Both the position numbers and the translations under genes were made by a program. A stretch of 63,605 bases of DNA, the filler included, from Candidatus Eiseniibacteriota bacterium (GTDB lineage: Bacteria; Orphanbacterota; Orphanbacteria; Orphanbacterales; Orphanbacteraceae): NCBI GenBank assembly GCA_043809585.1. It is 6 parts of 6 records of this genome, joined end to end, with 100 filler letters (N's around TTAATTAATTAA, not from the genome) between each part and the next. Parts side by side here need not be neighbours in the genome. Positions count along the whole stretch, not along the records: positions 1 to 9,282 come from JBDROZ010000024.1; 5 more parts are not named here. The stretch is one strand, 5' to 3'. The notes beneath the pieces were generated by a model. The model saw only the letters and a list, made by a program, of their open reading frames with translations, did not search any database and had not been told where the DNA came from. Of this stretch, positions 1-8,584 are shown piece after piece. The stretch's first letter is position 1, and each line of letters starts with the position of its first letter.

Positions 1-91
1 CCTCACAGGGAGCCCAACCCTCCTCGAGAAGTTCCAAAGCCCGACGCCGACGCTCTTCCAAGAACTCCGGACTGCCGTGTGGCCTCATCAT
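1..91 (-). CDS. Transposase N-terminal fragment (IS630-type winged HTH), partial
   Basis: Not in the ORF track. AGGAGG (95-100), then ATG at 91 or 88: MMRPHGSPEFLEERRRRALELLEEGWAPCE, running off the window. Confidence 0.65.
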   Translation of the reverse strand, partial: MMRPHGSPEFLEERRRRALELLEEGWAPCE

Positions 92-106
92 CCACCTCCT
101 GCCCGG

Positions 107-136
107 AGTATAGGACTTTATTTATGCGATTGTCAA
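107..136 (-). promoter_or_regulatory. Sigma70-type promoter for the transposase
   Basis: TTGACA (136-131), 18-nt spacer, TATACT (112-107), just upstream of the AGGAGG RBS. Confidence 0.6.
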
Positions 137-161
137 TAGCCAACATCCCGGAGGTCTGCCG

Positions 162-2270
162 GTGAAAAACTCGTCATTCTTCATCGTTCTCTTCGCGCTC
201 GTCACCCCATCGTTCCTCCTCGCCGAAACTTCGCCCCCGGAGGAGACGGAAGAGGAGTATTGGGGCCGCCCCATCGTCGTCACGGCGACCCGGTCGGAGC
301 AGGATCTGACCAAGGTGGCGGCCAACGTGACGGTGCTCACCGAGAGCGACATCCGGGCCGCCGCCTCACAGACGGTGGACGATCTTCTTCGATCCATCCC
401 CGGTTTTTCCACGCTCCGCCAGTCGAGCAGTCTCGTGGGGAGTTCGACGGCTCAGGCCGCTTCGCTCCGGGGCGTGGGGGCCACCTCGGCGAGCCGGACC
501 CTGGTGATGGTGGACGGGGTGCCGGCCATGGATCCCTTCGGCGGATGGGTCGTCTGGAACCGGATCCCCCTGGAGAACGTCGAGCGGATCGAGGTGGTGC
601 GGGGAGGGGGCTCCGGGATTTGGGGAAACCTCGCCATGGGGGGGATCGTCAACATCCTCACCGAGCGGCCCCGGGGGCGCTCGGTCCGGCTCATGGCCGA
701 GGGGGGATCTGCGGGGACGGCGAACTTGAACTTCTGGGGCGCCGACCGGGAGGGGCCCTGGAGCTACTCTTGGGGCGGCCGCTACTACGAGACGGACGGT
801 TATCACATCGTGCGCGAGGACCAGCGCGGGAACGCCGACATTCCCGCCTACCTGCAGCACGAGGGAATCCAGGGCCGGTTGGCGTACGACCTCTCGGCGG
901 GGTCGAACGTGTACCTCCAAGGAGGCTACTACGACGAGGACCGGAAGAAGGGGACCCCCCTCGACTTCGGGGGGACCATCACCCGAAGCTACGGCGCCGG
1001 CGGCGACTTCGTCACGCCGGGCGGGAGCGAGTGGGACGTCAACGTCTTCACGATCTTCCAATCCTATGACAGCGCCACCGGCCGGCTTTCGAGAGATCGG
1101 AATTCCATCACCCCGAACGCCTATCAGTACGACGTCCCCTCCTCGTCGATGGGGGCCAATTGCCAGTGGTCGAAGAAGGCCGGCAAATCGCACCACCTCT
1201 TTCTCGGCGGCGACTACCAGAGGATCGAAGCGGAGAGCAACGAGTGGCTCGACTACTCGGAGACGATCTTCACCACCCAGAAGGAGGTGGGGGGGACCCA
1301 GCAGCTCGCGGGCGCCTACGCTCAGGAGATCTACACCCCTTCCCTCTATTGGAGCATCGTCGCCGCCGCACGGGTCGACTACGTGCGGAACTCGGACGGC
1401 TTCTACCGTACCATCGATCTCGAAACGGGCGGGCTGGAGCGCCGCGACGCGTACGACCCGTCGTCGACCACCTCGCTCAATCCGAGCCTGGGCGCGGTCT
1501 ATCACGCGAACGACGATCTCTCCTTCCGGGGCTCCGTCTACCGTTCCTATCGGGCCCCCACGGTGAACGAGCTGTACCGGGGCTTCGCCTCCCGGGGCGT
1601 GGTGAACGAGGCGAATCCGAACCTGGAGCCCGAGTACCTCATCGGGGGCGAGGCGGGAGTCGACTACCGGCCAGGGCGGGTCTTTTTCGGGAGGATCACG
1701 GGCTTCTGGAACGAGGTGGAGAACACGATCACCCAGAGGACCATCGGCATCGCCGAGTCGAACGGCGATGTGATCGAGCCGTGCGGCCCCCTCCGCGAGG
1801 GGGAAGTCTGCCGCATCCGGGACAACGTGGGGCGTCTCCTCACGGCCGGAGTCGAACTGGAACTGAACTACCGGCCCTACAAGGAATGGACACTCTCCGG
1901 GAGCTATGTCTTCGACCACACGGAGATTCTCGAGTCGGACGAGGCGGAACTCGTCGGGAAGTGGCAGCGCCAGGTGCCGCGACACCAGTTCGTCCTGAAG
2001 GCGAGGTTCTCCGACCCCTCGATTCTCACTCTTGCCGTGCAGGGACGGTACGTCGGGGAGCGTTACGAGGACGATCTGAACGACCAGGAGGTGAACGACC
2101 TCTTCGTGGTCGACCTCCATCTCGCCCGGGGCCTCGGCGCCGGACGGGAGGTCTTCGTCAGCGTGGAGAACCTGCTCGACAACGAGTACGAGGTGCGGAC
2201 CTCCACCACGGGCATCGTCGAGACGGGAATGCCCCGCTTCGTTCACGGCGGCGTCCGAATTCGGCTCTAA
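162..2270 (+). CDS. TonB-dependent outer-membrane receptor
   Basis: Signal peptide, TonB-box-like IVVTATRS, plug motifs (LRGVG, TLVMVDGVP, IERIEVVRG, GGIVNI), NPNLEPE, and barrel C-terminus ENLLDNEY...PRFVHGGVRIRL. GGAGG RBS at 150-154. Confidence 0.93.
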   Translation: MKNSSFFIVLFALVTPSFLLAETSPPEETEEEYWGRPIVVTATRSEQDLTKVAANVTVLTESDIRAAASQTVDDLLRSIPGFSTLRQSSSLVGSSTAQAASLRGVGATSASRTLVMVDGVPAMDPFGGWVVWNRIPLENVERIEVVRGGGSGIWGNLAMGGIVNILTERPRGRSVRLMAEGGSAGTANLNFWGADREGPWSYSWGGRYYETDGYHIVREDQRGNADIPAYLQHEGIQGRLAYDLSAGSNVYLQGGYYDEDRKKGTPLDFGGTITRSYGAGGDFVTPGGSEWDVNVFTIFQSYDSATGRLSRDRNSITPNAYQYDVPSSSMGANCQWSKKAGKSHHLFLGGDYQRIEAESNEWLDYSETIFTTQKEVGGTQQLAGAYAQEIYTPSLYWSIVAAARVDYVRNSDGFYRTIDLETGGLERRDAYDPSSTTSLNPSLGAVYHANDDLSFRGSVYRSYRAPTVNELYRGFASRGVVNEANPNLEPEYLIGGEAGVDYRPGRVFFGRITGFWNEVENTITQRTIGIAESNGDVIEPCGPLREGEVCRIRDNVGRLLTAGVELELNYRPYKEWTLSGSYVFDHTEILESDEAELVGKWQRQVPRHQFVLKARFSDPSILTLAVQGRYVGERYEDDLNDQEVNDLFVVDLHLARGLGAGREVFVSVENLLDNEYEVRTSTTGIVETGMPRFVHGGVRIRL

Positions 2271-2580
2271 TTTCGGGGGACACAATACTGAATAGGTTCA
2301 CTCGGGGACACAATACGGAATAGCCGGTTCGGGGGACACGATACCTGACTCGCGAAGGTTCACTCGGGGACACAATACGGAATAGCCGGTTCGGGGGACA
2401 CGATACCTGACTCGCGAAGCACCTGCGGAGACGAAATCCGGCGGTTTGTCGTTTGAAGAGAACGATTTGAACGTGACGATCCCGCTTACCCACCTCACCG
2501 GGGAAGGGGCATGGTGTCCCCCGAACTGCGAGTTCGGTATTGTGTCCCCCGAACTACGAGTTCGGTATTGTGTCCCCCGG
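2271..2580. repeat. Cluster of GGGGACAC(A/G)ATAC REP-like motifs including an exact 62-bp tandem duplication
   Basis: Five plus-strand motifs (about 2275, 2304, 2331, 2366, 2393) and three inverted GTGTCCCC motifs (about 2514, 2542, 2570). 2294-2355 is repeated at 2356-2417. Lies between convergent genes. Confidence 0.85.
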
Positions 2581-4080
2581 TTTGCGGTTGTTCTTCCGCA
2601 AGTCCCGGAGGAGGCGGGCGAGGTCCGTGAGAACCCTCCGTCCCCCTGGAACGACGATCCAGCCGATCCCGTCGAGGGCGAGGAAGAGGGGAAGGTCGAT
2701 CCAGAGCGCCGAGAGGGGGGAGCCGGGATAGCCGTCGAGGCTCATGAGAAGGGCGAGTCCTCCCCCCGCGAGCAGGGCCGCCGCCGCGGGCCTCCCGATC
2801 GTCCCGTAGAAGTCGCTCATGCGGATGGGCGATCCCCGGAAGCAGTAGAGCGCGCCCGGCAGGAGGAGGATCCCCGACGCGATCGAGAATCCCGCCGCCA
2901 CCCCCGCCGGTCCCCACTTGATCCCGATCAGGAACGCCGCCGCCGTGACCGCGGTCGCGGCGATCTCCCACCGGAGCTGCCTCGCCGCCCGGCCGAGGGA
3001 GACGTACGCCCAGCCCGTGCCCATGTGGAGGAGGGTGACCAGGGCGACGGGAGAGAGGATCCGGAAGATCGGGATCGCCGCCTCCCACTGATCGCCGAGG
3101 AGGAGGTAGATCACTTTCCGTGTGTCGAGCACCAGAAAGCAGATGACCGGCATGCCGAGAGTGGTCATGAGGAGCATCCCCTGCCGCCAGTAGCGGCGGT
3201 AGCGGTCGGGCTCGTCCTGAAGACGGGAGAGCACGGGGACGGCGACGCGGGCGACGGGGAAGGAGAGCTGCTGGAAGGGGGCGACGAGCCACCCCGCCGC
3301 CTTCGCGTAGAGGCCGAGGAGCCGGGCGTCGGTAAATCGGCCGATCAAGATGCGGTCCAGGTTCCGCCCGACGCTCCGGACGAGGCGTGATCCGCTGAGG
3401 TACCCGCCGAAGGCGATCATGCCCCTTACCTCGGCGGGCCGGAACCGGCGATCCGGCCGCCAGTCGCAGATCCGCCAGCAAAGCAGGGTCTGCACCGACG
3501 CGGTGACGAGCCGGAGGACCAGGAGGGACCAGAAACGCCCCCCCTTCCATGCCGTGGCGACCGCCGCGGCGACCCCCACGAGTTGGGAGAAGAGCTCCAC
3601 CGCGGCGAGCGCCCCGAAACGCATCCGGCGGCGGAGGAGGGCCCGGTGCTGGAGGGAGAGGGCGTCGATCAGGGAGACGACGCCGAAGAGGGGGGTGATC
3701 CCGAGGAGCGCGGGCTCCCCGTAGAACCGGACGAGGAGGGGGGCGAGGATGATCGTGATCACCGCGACGGCGAGGCCGAGCAGGCCGTTCAACCAGAAGA
3801 GGGTGCTCACCTGTTCCTGGGTGACGACCGCTTGCTGCACCGTGGCCGTCGGAAGGCCTAGGTCCCGGAGGATCACGAGGAACATCATCACCGCCACTAC
3901 CATGGCGATGAGGCCGAAGTCCCGGGGCGTGAGGATGCGGGCGAGGATCATGGTGGAGCCGACGGTGAGAGCGAAACGCCCCGCCTGGGCGGCCATGGTC
4001 GCCGCGCCCCCCCGGATGGATCGTCCACGGAGATCCTCTTGAAGGCCGTCGGTGCGGAGGTGTCTGTCGTTCCGTTCCAG
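2554..4080 (-). CDS. Polysaccharide flippase (Wzx/WzxC-like, MOP superfamily)
   Basis: DLRGRSIRGGAATM...ILARILTPRDFGLIAM, DLGLPTATVQ, NLDRILIGRF...LGLYAKA, about 12 hydrophobic segments. Start uncertain: the ORF extends to 4257, AAGGAG precedes a CTG at 4080, and the first ATG is near 3996. Confidence 0.88.
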   Translation of the reverse strand: MERNDRHLRTDGLQEDLRGRSIRGGAATMAAQAGRFALTVGSTMILARILTPRDFGLIAMVVAVMMFLVILRDLGLPTATVQQAVVTQEQVSTLFWLNGLLGLAVAVITIILAPLLVRFYGEPALLGITPLFGVVSLIDALSLQHRALLRRRMRFGALAAVELFSQLVGVAAAVATAWKGGRFWSLLVLRLVTASVQTLLCWRICDWRPDRRFRPAEVRGMIAFGGYLSGSRLVRSVGRNLDRILIGRFTDARLLGLYAKAAGWLVAPFQQLSFPVARVAVPVLSRLQDEPDRYRRYWRQGMLLMTTLGMPVICFLVLDTRKVIYLLLGDQWEAAIPIFRILSPVALVTLLHMGTGWAYVSLGRAARQLRWEIAATAVTAAAFLIGIKWGPAGVAAGFSIASGILLLPGALYCFRGSPIRMSDFYGTIGRPAAAALLAGGGLALLMSLDGYPGSPLSALWIDLPLFLALDGIGWIVVPGGRRVLTDLARLLRDLRKNNRKPGDTIPNS

Positions 4081-4272
4081 GATCCGGTCTCCTTGCTTCG
4101 CCCCTCGGGGGCCCGCGCTCCTCGCAGACCCGAAGATGCCCGAACTCCGCACTCGCCTCTCGGAGAGGTCCTGCCCAGGATACACGACCCCGCCGGCATG
4201 GGACCAGAGATCCCTCCGGGGGACCCGGTGGCCCTCCCGGGAACCGGGCCCGGACAATCATCGAGTTTTGAC

Positions 4273-4301
4273 TGGACGGTTTTCGGGGTTGGCGCTACTC
4301 T
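4273..4301 (+). promoter_or_regulatory. Candidate sigma70 promoter for a small structured RNA
   Basis: TGGACG (4273-4278), 17-nt spacer, TACTCT (4296-4301). Confidence 0.35.
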
Positions 4302-4307
4302 TAAAAA

Positions 4308-4570
4308 AAGAGAGGGGTCCGCGGCAAGGACCGCGGCGGCGCTTCAGCCTCGGGCGGGCATGGCGCCGGGCGAGGATGGGACTCGCCGATCGCTCCGCGC
4401 CCGGGAAGGAGGTGATCCGTTGAATAACGACCGATGCGGCTTGTTGGAGGTGGCGGCCCCGTAAGGGCACCTACCACGCAAGTGGCACCAGGGTCACCCC
4501 GGCGGGGGAACCCACCGCCACCGATAACGGCACTGTGACGGCCCCGCTCCGGAAGGAGTGGGGCCGTTCT
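4308..4570 (+). ncRNA. Candidate structured small RNA or small-ORF mRNA
   Basis: Several hairpins with GNRA loops (CCC-GTAA-GGG 4458-4467, CCAC-GCAA-GTGG 4474-4485), long-range pairing of 4411-4418 with 4491-4498, and a 13-bp terminal hairpin at 4538-4567. Confidence 0.45.
4420..4464 (+). CDS. Putative 14-aa small peptide MNNDRCGLLEVAAP
   Basis: Extended Shine-Dalgarno AAGGAGGTGAT (4406-4416), TTG start, TAA stop in a hairpin loop. Confidence 0.35.
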   Translation: MNNDRCGLLEVAAP

Positions 4571-4704
4571 CATGAGACCGGGTTCGAGTGAGGATCGTCA
4601 TCGATGACGATCCTCACGTATGATGGTCAGACGGCACTGTGACGGCCCCGCTCCGGAAGGAGCGGGGCCGTTCTCGTGAGACCGGGTTCGAGTGGGGATC
4701 GTCA
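4527..4704 (+). repeat. 74-bp direct repeat (period 104), each copy with a terminator-like hairpin, around a perfect 30-bp palindrome
   Basis: 4527-4600 nearly matches 4631-4704. Hairpin ACGGCCCCGCTCC-GGAA-GGAGYGGGGCCGT. Palindrome GTGAGGATCGTCATCGATGACGATCCTCAC at 4588-4617. Confidence 0.9.
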
Positions 4705-4714
4705 CCCATTGCCT

Positions 4715-4776
4715 AAATAGGGACAGTCACCTATTAGCCTTCTCCGTCCTGAGGCAATAGGTGACTGTCCCTATTT
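4715..4776. repeat. REP-doublet-like perfect 21-bp inverted repeat
   Basis: AAATAGGGACAGTCACCTATT (4715-4735) and AATAGGTGACTGTCCCTATTT (4756-4776). A related copy is at 15019-15064. Confidence 0.85.
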
Positions 4777-4783
4777 GACGCGC

Positions 4784-5689
4784 TCAGCGCACCCGCTTGC
4801 CGAAGTGCTGGTCCACGTTGCGGGGGTAGACGTACTCCTCGAAGGAGTAGGTCCGGCCGTCGTCGCCGGTCACGGCCATTTGAATGATCAGTGTGGTCCG
4901 GAGAGACGCGCTCTCCCTCTGATACTGGACCCGGAACTTGGTGACGTTCTCGCAGAGGGGCAAAGACTCGGTGATTGTCTTCGTTTGGGTGTATTCCCAC
5001 AGAACCCCCGTCCCCGAGTACCACCGGTACCACCGGGGGTTGAGAGAGTCTTCGTTCTTCTGCCCGTCCTCGTCGTCGTCCTTCTTGTCCATTTGGTCCA
5101 CATTGCCGTCTCCGTCGTCGTCGATCCCCCGGATTCCGGAGTAATTGTCCCCGTTCATGTCTTCGCCGAGGTCTTCGTCGATGGAACCGTCGCCGTCGTC
5201 GTCTCGTCCGTTCAGGTTCTCCTCGTTCTTCAGCCTGTACGGCCAGTAGTCCTCGTCGTCGTCTTCTTTGTCCCCGCTCGTGTCGATGTAGCCGTCTCCG
5301 TCGTCGTCCACGCCCTTGATCCCCGGCACATCGTTCAGGACCATGTCTTTATCCGTGTCCTCGTCGATCCGGGGGAAGAGGGAGTCGCCGAAGTAGAAAT
5401 CCCCGTCGTCGTTAATGAAGCCGGAGAGGGCGAGGATGTCCCGCTCCGGTTCGTAGCCGTTCGGGATGAGGAGGAAGGTCGCCCGTTTCGCGGCGCCCGA
5501 CATCCGCTCCATGGCGGCGAGGCCGTCGTAGTAAGTGGAAAGGGTCCCCCCCTCCCGGGCGTTCGCCTGGAGAAGGGACCGGGTGAAGCCCGAAAGGGCG
5601 ACCGCGATGAGCGCCGTGATCGAGACGGCGATCATCAGTTCGAGAAGGGTGAGCCCCTTCGATCCGAGGGGTTGCAGGGTGCTTCTCAT
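4784..5689 (-). CDS. Prepilin-type minor pilin (PilW/GspJ-like) with acidic DDDGDG repeats
   Basis: KG|LTLLELMIAVSITALIAVAL class III signal with E5; three DDDGDG motifs. Confidence 0.85.
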   Translation of the reverse strand: MRSTLQPLGSKGLTLLELMIAVSITALIAVALSGFTRSLLQANAREGGTLSTYYDGLAAMERMSGAAKRATFLLIPNGYEPERDILALSGFINDDGDFYFGDSLFPRIDEDTDKDMVLNDVPGIKGVDDDGDGYIDTSGDKEDDDEDYWPYRLKNEENLNGRDDDGDGSIDEDLGEDMNGDNYSGIRGIDDDGDGNVDQMDKKDDDEDGQKNEDSLNPRWYRWYSGTGVLWEYTQTKTITESLPLCENVTKFRVQYQRESASLRTTLIIQMAVTGDDGRTYSFEEYVYPRNVDQHFGKRVR

Positions 5690-6087
5690 GGGATCTTCTC
5701 GATGTCGCCCTTCGTGTCGACCACGACGGTGGAGAGGGAGTCGCCCCTGAAGATGACGGTCACGAGCTTGACGTCCGGCTCGTTGCTCCCGTCTCCGTTC
5801 AGGTCGATGCCGGAGACGCGGCGGGTGATGGTCTCGGCTTCTCCGCCGATCCAGGTTTCCATGGAGGCGGCGCCCAGCTTGTCGAAGGGGGTGGCGATGG
5901 ACAGTTCCAGGGCGCTCCGGAGATGGCTTTCCGTCGGAACCCGGGTCACCGCCGTTCCCTCCGCCTGCAGGCCCGAAACATAAGCGCCCGCGACGGCGGT
6001 GACGATGACGCCTAAGATCGCGAGGGAGAGGGCCACCTCGACGAGCGTGAAACCTCGCCGTCCCGACTGAATCCTCCGGCTATTCAT
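5686..6087 (-). CDS. Prepilin-type minor pilin (PilV/GspI-like)
   Basis: RRG|FTLVEVALSLAILGVIV; overlaps neighbouring genes. Confidence 0.85.
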   Translation of the reverse strand: MNSRRIQSGRRGFTLVEVALSLAILGVIVTAVAGAYVSGLQAEGTAVTRVPTESHLRSALELSIATPFDKLGAASMETWIGGEAETITRRVSGIDLNGDGSNEPDVKLVTVIFRGDSLSTVVVDTKGDIEKIP

Positions 6088-6655
6088 GAACCGATACCCT
6101 CCCGGTCAGAGAATCGACGGCGATTCGGACGCGTCTATTCCCCCGCTCGATCGTGGCGGCGCCGGAGGCCGACGCGGAGCCGATCTCGTCGAACTCGACC
6201 CATTCGACACCCCCGAAGTCGGCCTCGATCCGATCCACGCCTCCGCCTCCCACACTTCTGTCCTCCGACAGCTCGATGACGTAGTCCAGGCCCCGCGCGA
6301 ACGGGTGTCCGGCGGGGGCGAACTCCCAGTCGTCGGCCTTGGTGGATCCGATCGACACGATCGATGTGTCCCGAAGGTCGTCCCCGCCCGCGGAGACGAG
6401 CCGCTCCACGGTCACGGTCATCGTTGCGCCGTCGAAGCTGACCCGCGAGGGGAGCCCGGAGTTGATCGCGTAGAGACGTCCGTACTCGAGGGCCGTGACG
6501 ATCCCGTCCGTCGCCGCCCGAATCGCTCCGTCCTCGAGAGAGGACCCGAGCCAGGAAACCGCGAGCCCGCCCGCCAGGCCGAGGATGATGACGACGAGAA
6601 GCGCCTCGATGAGCGTGTAGCCCCGGTCCGTCTGGTTCTTTCGCGTGGCTCTCAC
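6080..6655 (-). CDS. Prepilin-type minor pilin (FimT/GspH-like)
   Basis: RG|YTLIEALLVVIILGL, ALEYGRLYAI, C-terminal VDSLTGRVSV typical of GspH/FimT. Confidence 0.85.
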   Translation of the reverse strand: MRATRKNQTDRGYTLIEALLVVIILGLAGGLAVSWLGSSLEDGAIRAATDGIVTALEYGRLYAINSGLPSRVSFDGATMTVTVERLVSAGGDDLRDTSIVSIGSTKADDWEFAPAGHPFARGLDYVIELSEDRSVGGGGVDRIEADFGGVEWVEFDEIGSASASGAATIERGNRRVRIAVDSLTGRVSVHE

Positions 6656-8289
6656 GGCCTCGTCACCGCCATGTCGAAAACGAAGCTCCCGGAGGTGTTC
6701 ACGTAGGTCACCGCCTCCCCGGCGCCGAAGCCGCCGTCATCGTGCACGGAGCTCACGAGGGTCTTCAAGTTGTCCACGACCAGGCAGACGGTCTCATCGG
6801 TTCGGGCGACCGACTGAAGCCGGAGGCGATGGATGTTCATGCTGATCGCCGGCCCCGACTTCACGGGGATCGAGGAGAAGCCGGTCCCCTTCGTCCACTC
6901 GAGGTAGAAGATCTTTCCGTACGATTGCTTCCCCCACGCGAAGAGGGCCTCGTCCCCCGTCGATCGCCACGCCACGTCGAAGGAAACGACCTGGTCTGAA
7001 GGGAGGTTGGTCTCCACCTCCCGGTGGTCGGTCCATGCGCTCCCGTTCCAGACGACGAGATGGAGGTCCGAGAAACCGTCTCCGGCGGCGAGGAGCATGT
7101 AATTGTCCGTCGGATCGGGCTCGAGCCGGAAGAGCTGCCCCTGGCGGCCGAAGTCCCAGATGTCTTTGGCCCCATCGAAGCCCGTTCCGGTCCATTCCCG
7201 GTACCTACTCTTGTTGTTTCCCTGCTCGCCGTAGACGACGAGGGCGTGCCCGGAGAGCCTCTCATAGGCCAGGTCGAAGGCCCCGGTATTGAGGAGGGGA
7301 ATCTTGTCGTCGATCTTGCCTTCCGAGGAGAACCCGTCGCCGTCCCAGACGAAGGCCTCCAGCTCATCGTCCCCGTTCAGGACCACGGCGAGAATCTCGT
7401 CGGTCTCCGGATGGGACGCCATTTTCACCACGTGCGCTTCCGGCTTGTTCAATTGGAAAGCCGTGTCCGGCGGATTCGGAGCCCATGCGGCGCCGTTCCA
7501 AACGGAGTACATGACCGCGTTATACCCGTCGGTTCCCGCGAGGAGCAAGGCATCTCCCGTGACGGACTCGTACGCCAGATCGAAGCACTGTTCGCCCCCG
7601 TAGGACGGGAAGCCCATTCGGTTTCCCCACGCCGACCCGTCGAAGACCGAAACCTCGACGGTGCCGTCCGACTTCTGCACTCCCATGACCATCTCATTCG
7701 ACCGGGGGCTCCCCTCGAGTTCGACCCAGAGCGCCTCCGCCGGGTCGGCGTAGGCGAAGGCGTCGTCGGTCCAGGTGCTGTCGGTCCACTCCCGCCACTT
7801 CGGCCCCGGGTTGCCGGGGTAGGCGACGCCTCCGATCACGAGGTAGTCGGACCAGTAGGCGGTGTAGAGGCGCTCCTGGAATCCCGGGACTCCCATGAAG
7901 GCGACGTACGACTGCCGGGCGACGAAGTCGCCGTACTGCCCGATGGCGGCGATGGTCGCGAAGGTCGTCGAGGTGGGAACCCGGACCCTGTAGCCGTACC
8001 GGCCGCCGGCGAGGGAGTGCATGTAATAGGTCGTGTCGTTCTTGATCGAGCCCGCGTCGTTCCGGATCGCCCACAGCCCGTGCTGGATCGCCGTGTCCGC
8101 CAGATACTCCGCTTGGATCCGATCGTGCCGGCCGAGCACCGCGGACGAGAGGATGCCGGACCGGCTGATGAAGGCGAGGGCGAGTGTGGTCAGGATCATG
8201 GTCATCACCAGGATCGCCACGTAGGAGAAACCGGACCGGCTCCTCCACACTCTTTTCGCCGGAGGGAGATTCTGTTCACTGCCGCTCAT
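6652..8289 (-). CDS. PilX/GspK-like pilin fused to a repeat (beta-propeller-like) domain
   Basis: RSG|FSYVAILVMTMILTTLAL (no E5), QAEYLADTAIQHG, then repeated WxGxxW/F motifs. Start placed at ATG 8289. Confidence 0.75.
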   Translation of the reverse strand: MSGSEQNLPPAKRVWRSRSGFSYVAILVMTMILTTLALAFISRSGILSSAVLGRHDRIQAEYLADTAIQHGLWAIRNDAGSIKNDTTYYMHSLAGGRYGYRVRVPTSTTFATIAAIGQYGDFVARQSYVAFMGVPGFQERLYTAYWSDYLVIGGVAYPGNPGPKWREWTDSTWTDDAFAYADPAEALWVELEGSPRSNEMVMGVQKSDGTVEVSVFDGSAWGNRMGFPSYGGEQCFDLAYESVTGDALLLAGTDGYNAVMYSVWNGAAWAPNPPDTAFQLNKPEAHVVKMASHPETDEILAVVLNGDDELEAFVWDGDGFSSEGKIDDKIPLLNTGAFDLAYERLSGHALVVYGEQGNNKSRYREWTGTGFDGAKDIWDFGRQGQLFRLEPDPTDNYMLLAAGDGFSDLHLVVWNGSAWTDHREVETNLPSDQVVSFDVAWRSTGDEALFAWGKQSYGKIFYLEWTKGTGFSSIPVKSGPAISMNIHRLRLQSVARTDETVCLVVDNLKTLVSSVHDDGGFGAGEAVTYVNTSGSFVFDMAVTRP

Positions 8290-8584
8290 GACCGAACACA
8301 CTTCTCCTCGAGGGGGGAGGGACGATCCCCGCAATCGGTTATCCGCGGATCTCTTATCCCCATGTTCGGCACCGCCGGCGATCCGGGTGAGGGGGGACGG
8401 GGGAGCGAGAACAGGGCGGAGAGCAGGCTGTCAGAGGGTTACTGATTGCAGGACAGCGAGTTGTGCCGGTTACTCTGGGGCCGCGCTCCGACCCCTGCCT
8501 TCCCGAATCCATTGACGTACCGGCCCCGCTCGGCCATGATGACTCCATTCGCGATTCCGTGATTCTTACGAAAGGAGCTTTGTG

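Larger units (their letters stand above)
1..138 (-). mobile_element. Left end of an IS630-family insertion sequence, truncated by the window edge
   Basis: Minus strand reads C-TA-TTGACAATCGCATAAATAAA, a terminal repeat after a TA target at 137-138. It is followed by a promoter, an AGGAGG RBS and an ORF resembling IS630 transposase N-termini. Confidence 0.65.

Noticed and set aside
2271-2580. CRISPR array
   Set aside because: Motifs are short and in both orientations, intervening sequences are duplicated rather than unique, and no cas genes are present.
4406-4464. 16S rRNA 3' end or tmRNA
   Set aside because: AAGGAGGTGATCC is complementary to the 16S tail but no rRNA sequence flanks it. No tRNA-like ends are present and the peptide ends AAP, not AA.
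8440-8470. Sigma54 promoter upstream of the pilin cassette
   Set aside because: CGGCAC is present on the minus strand but the GG-to-GC spacing is 8, not 10.
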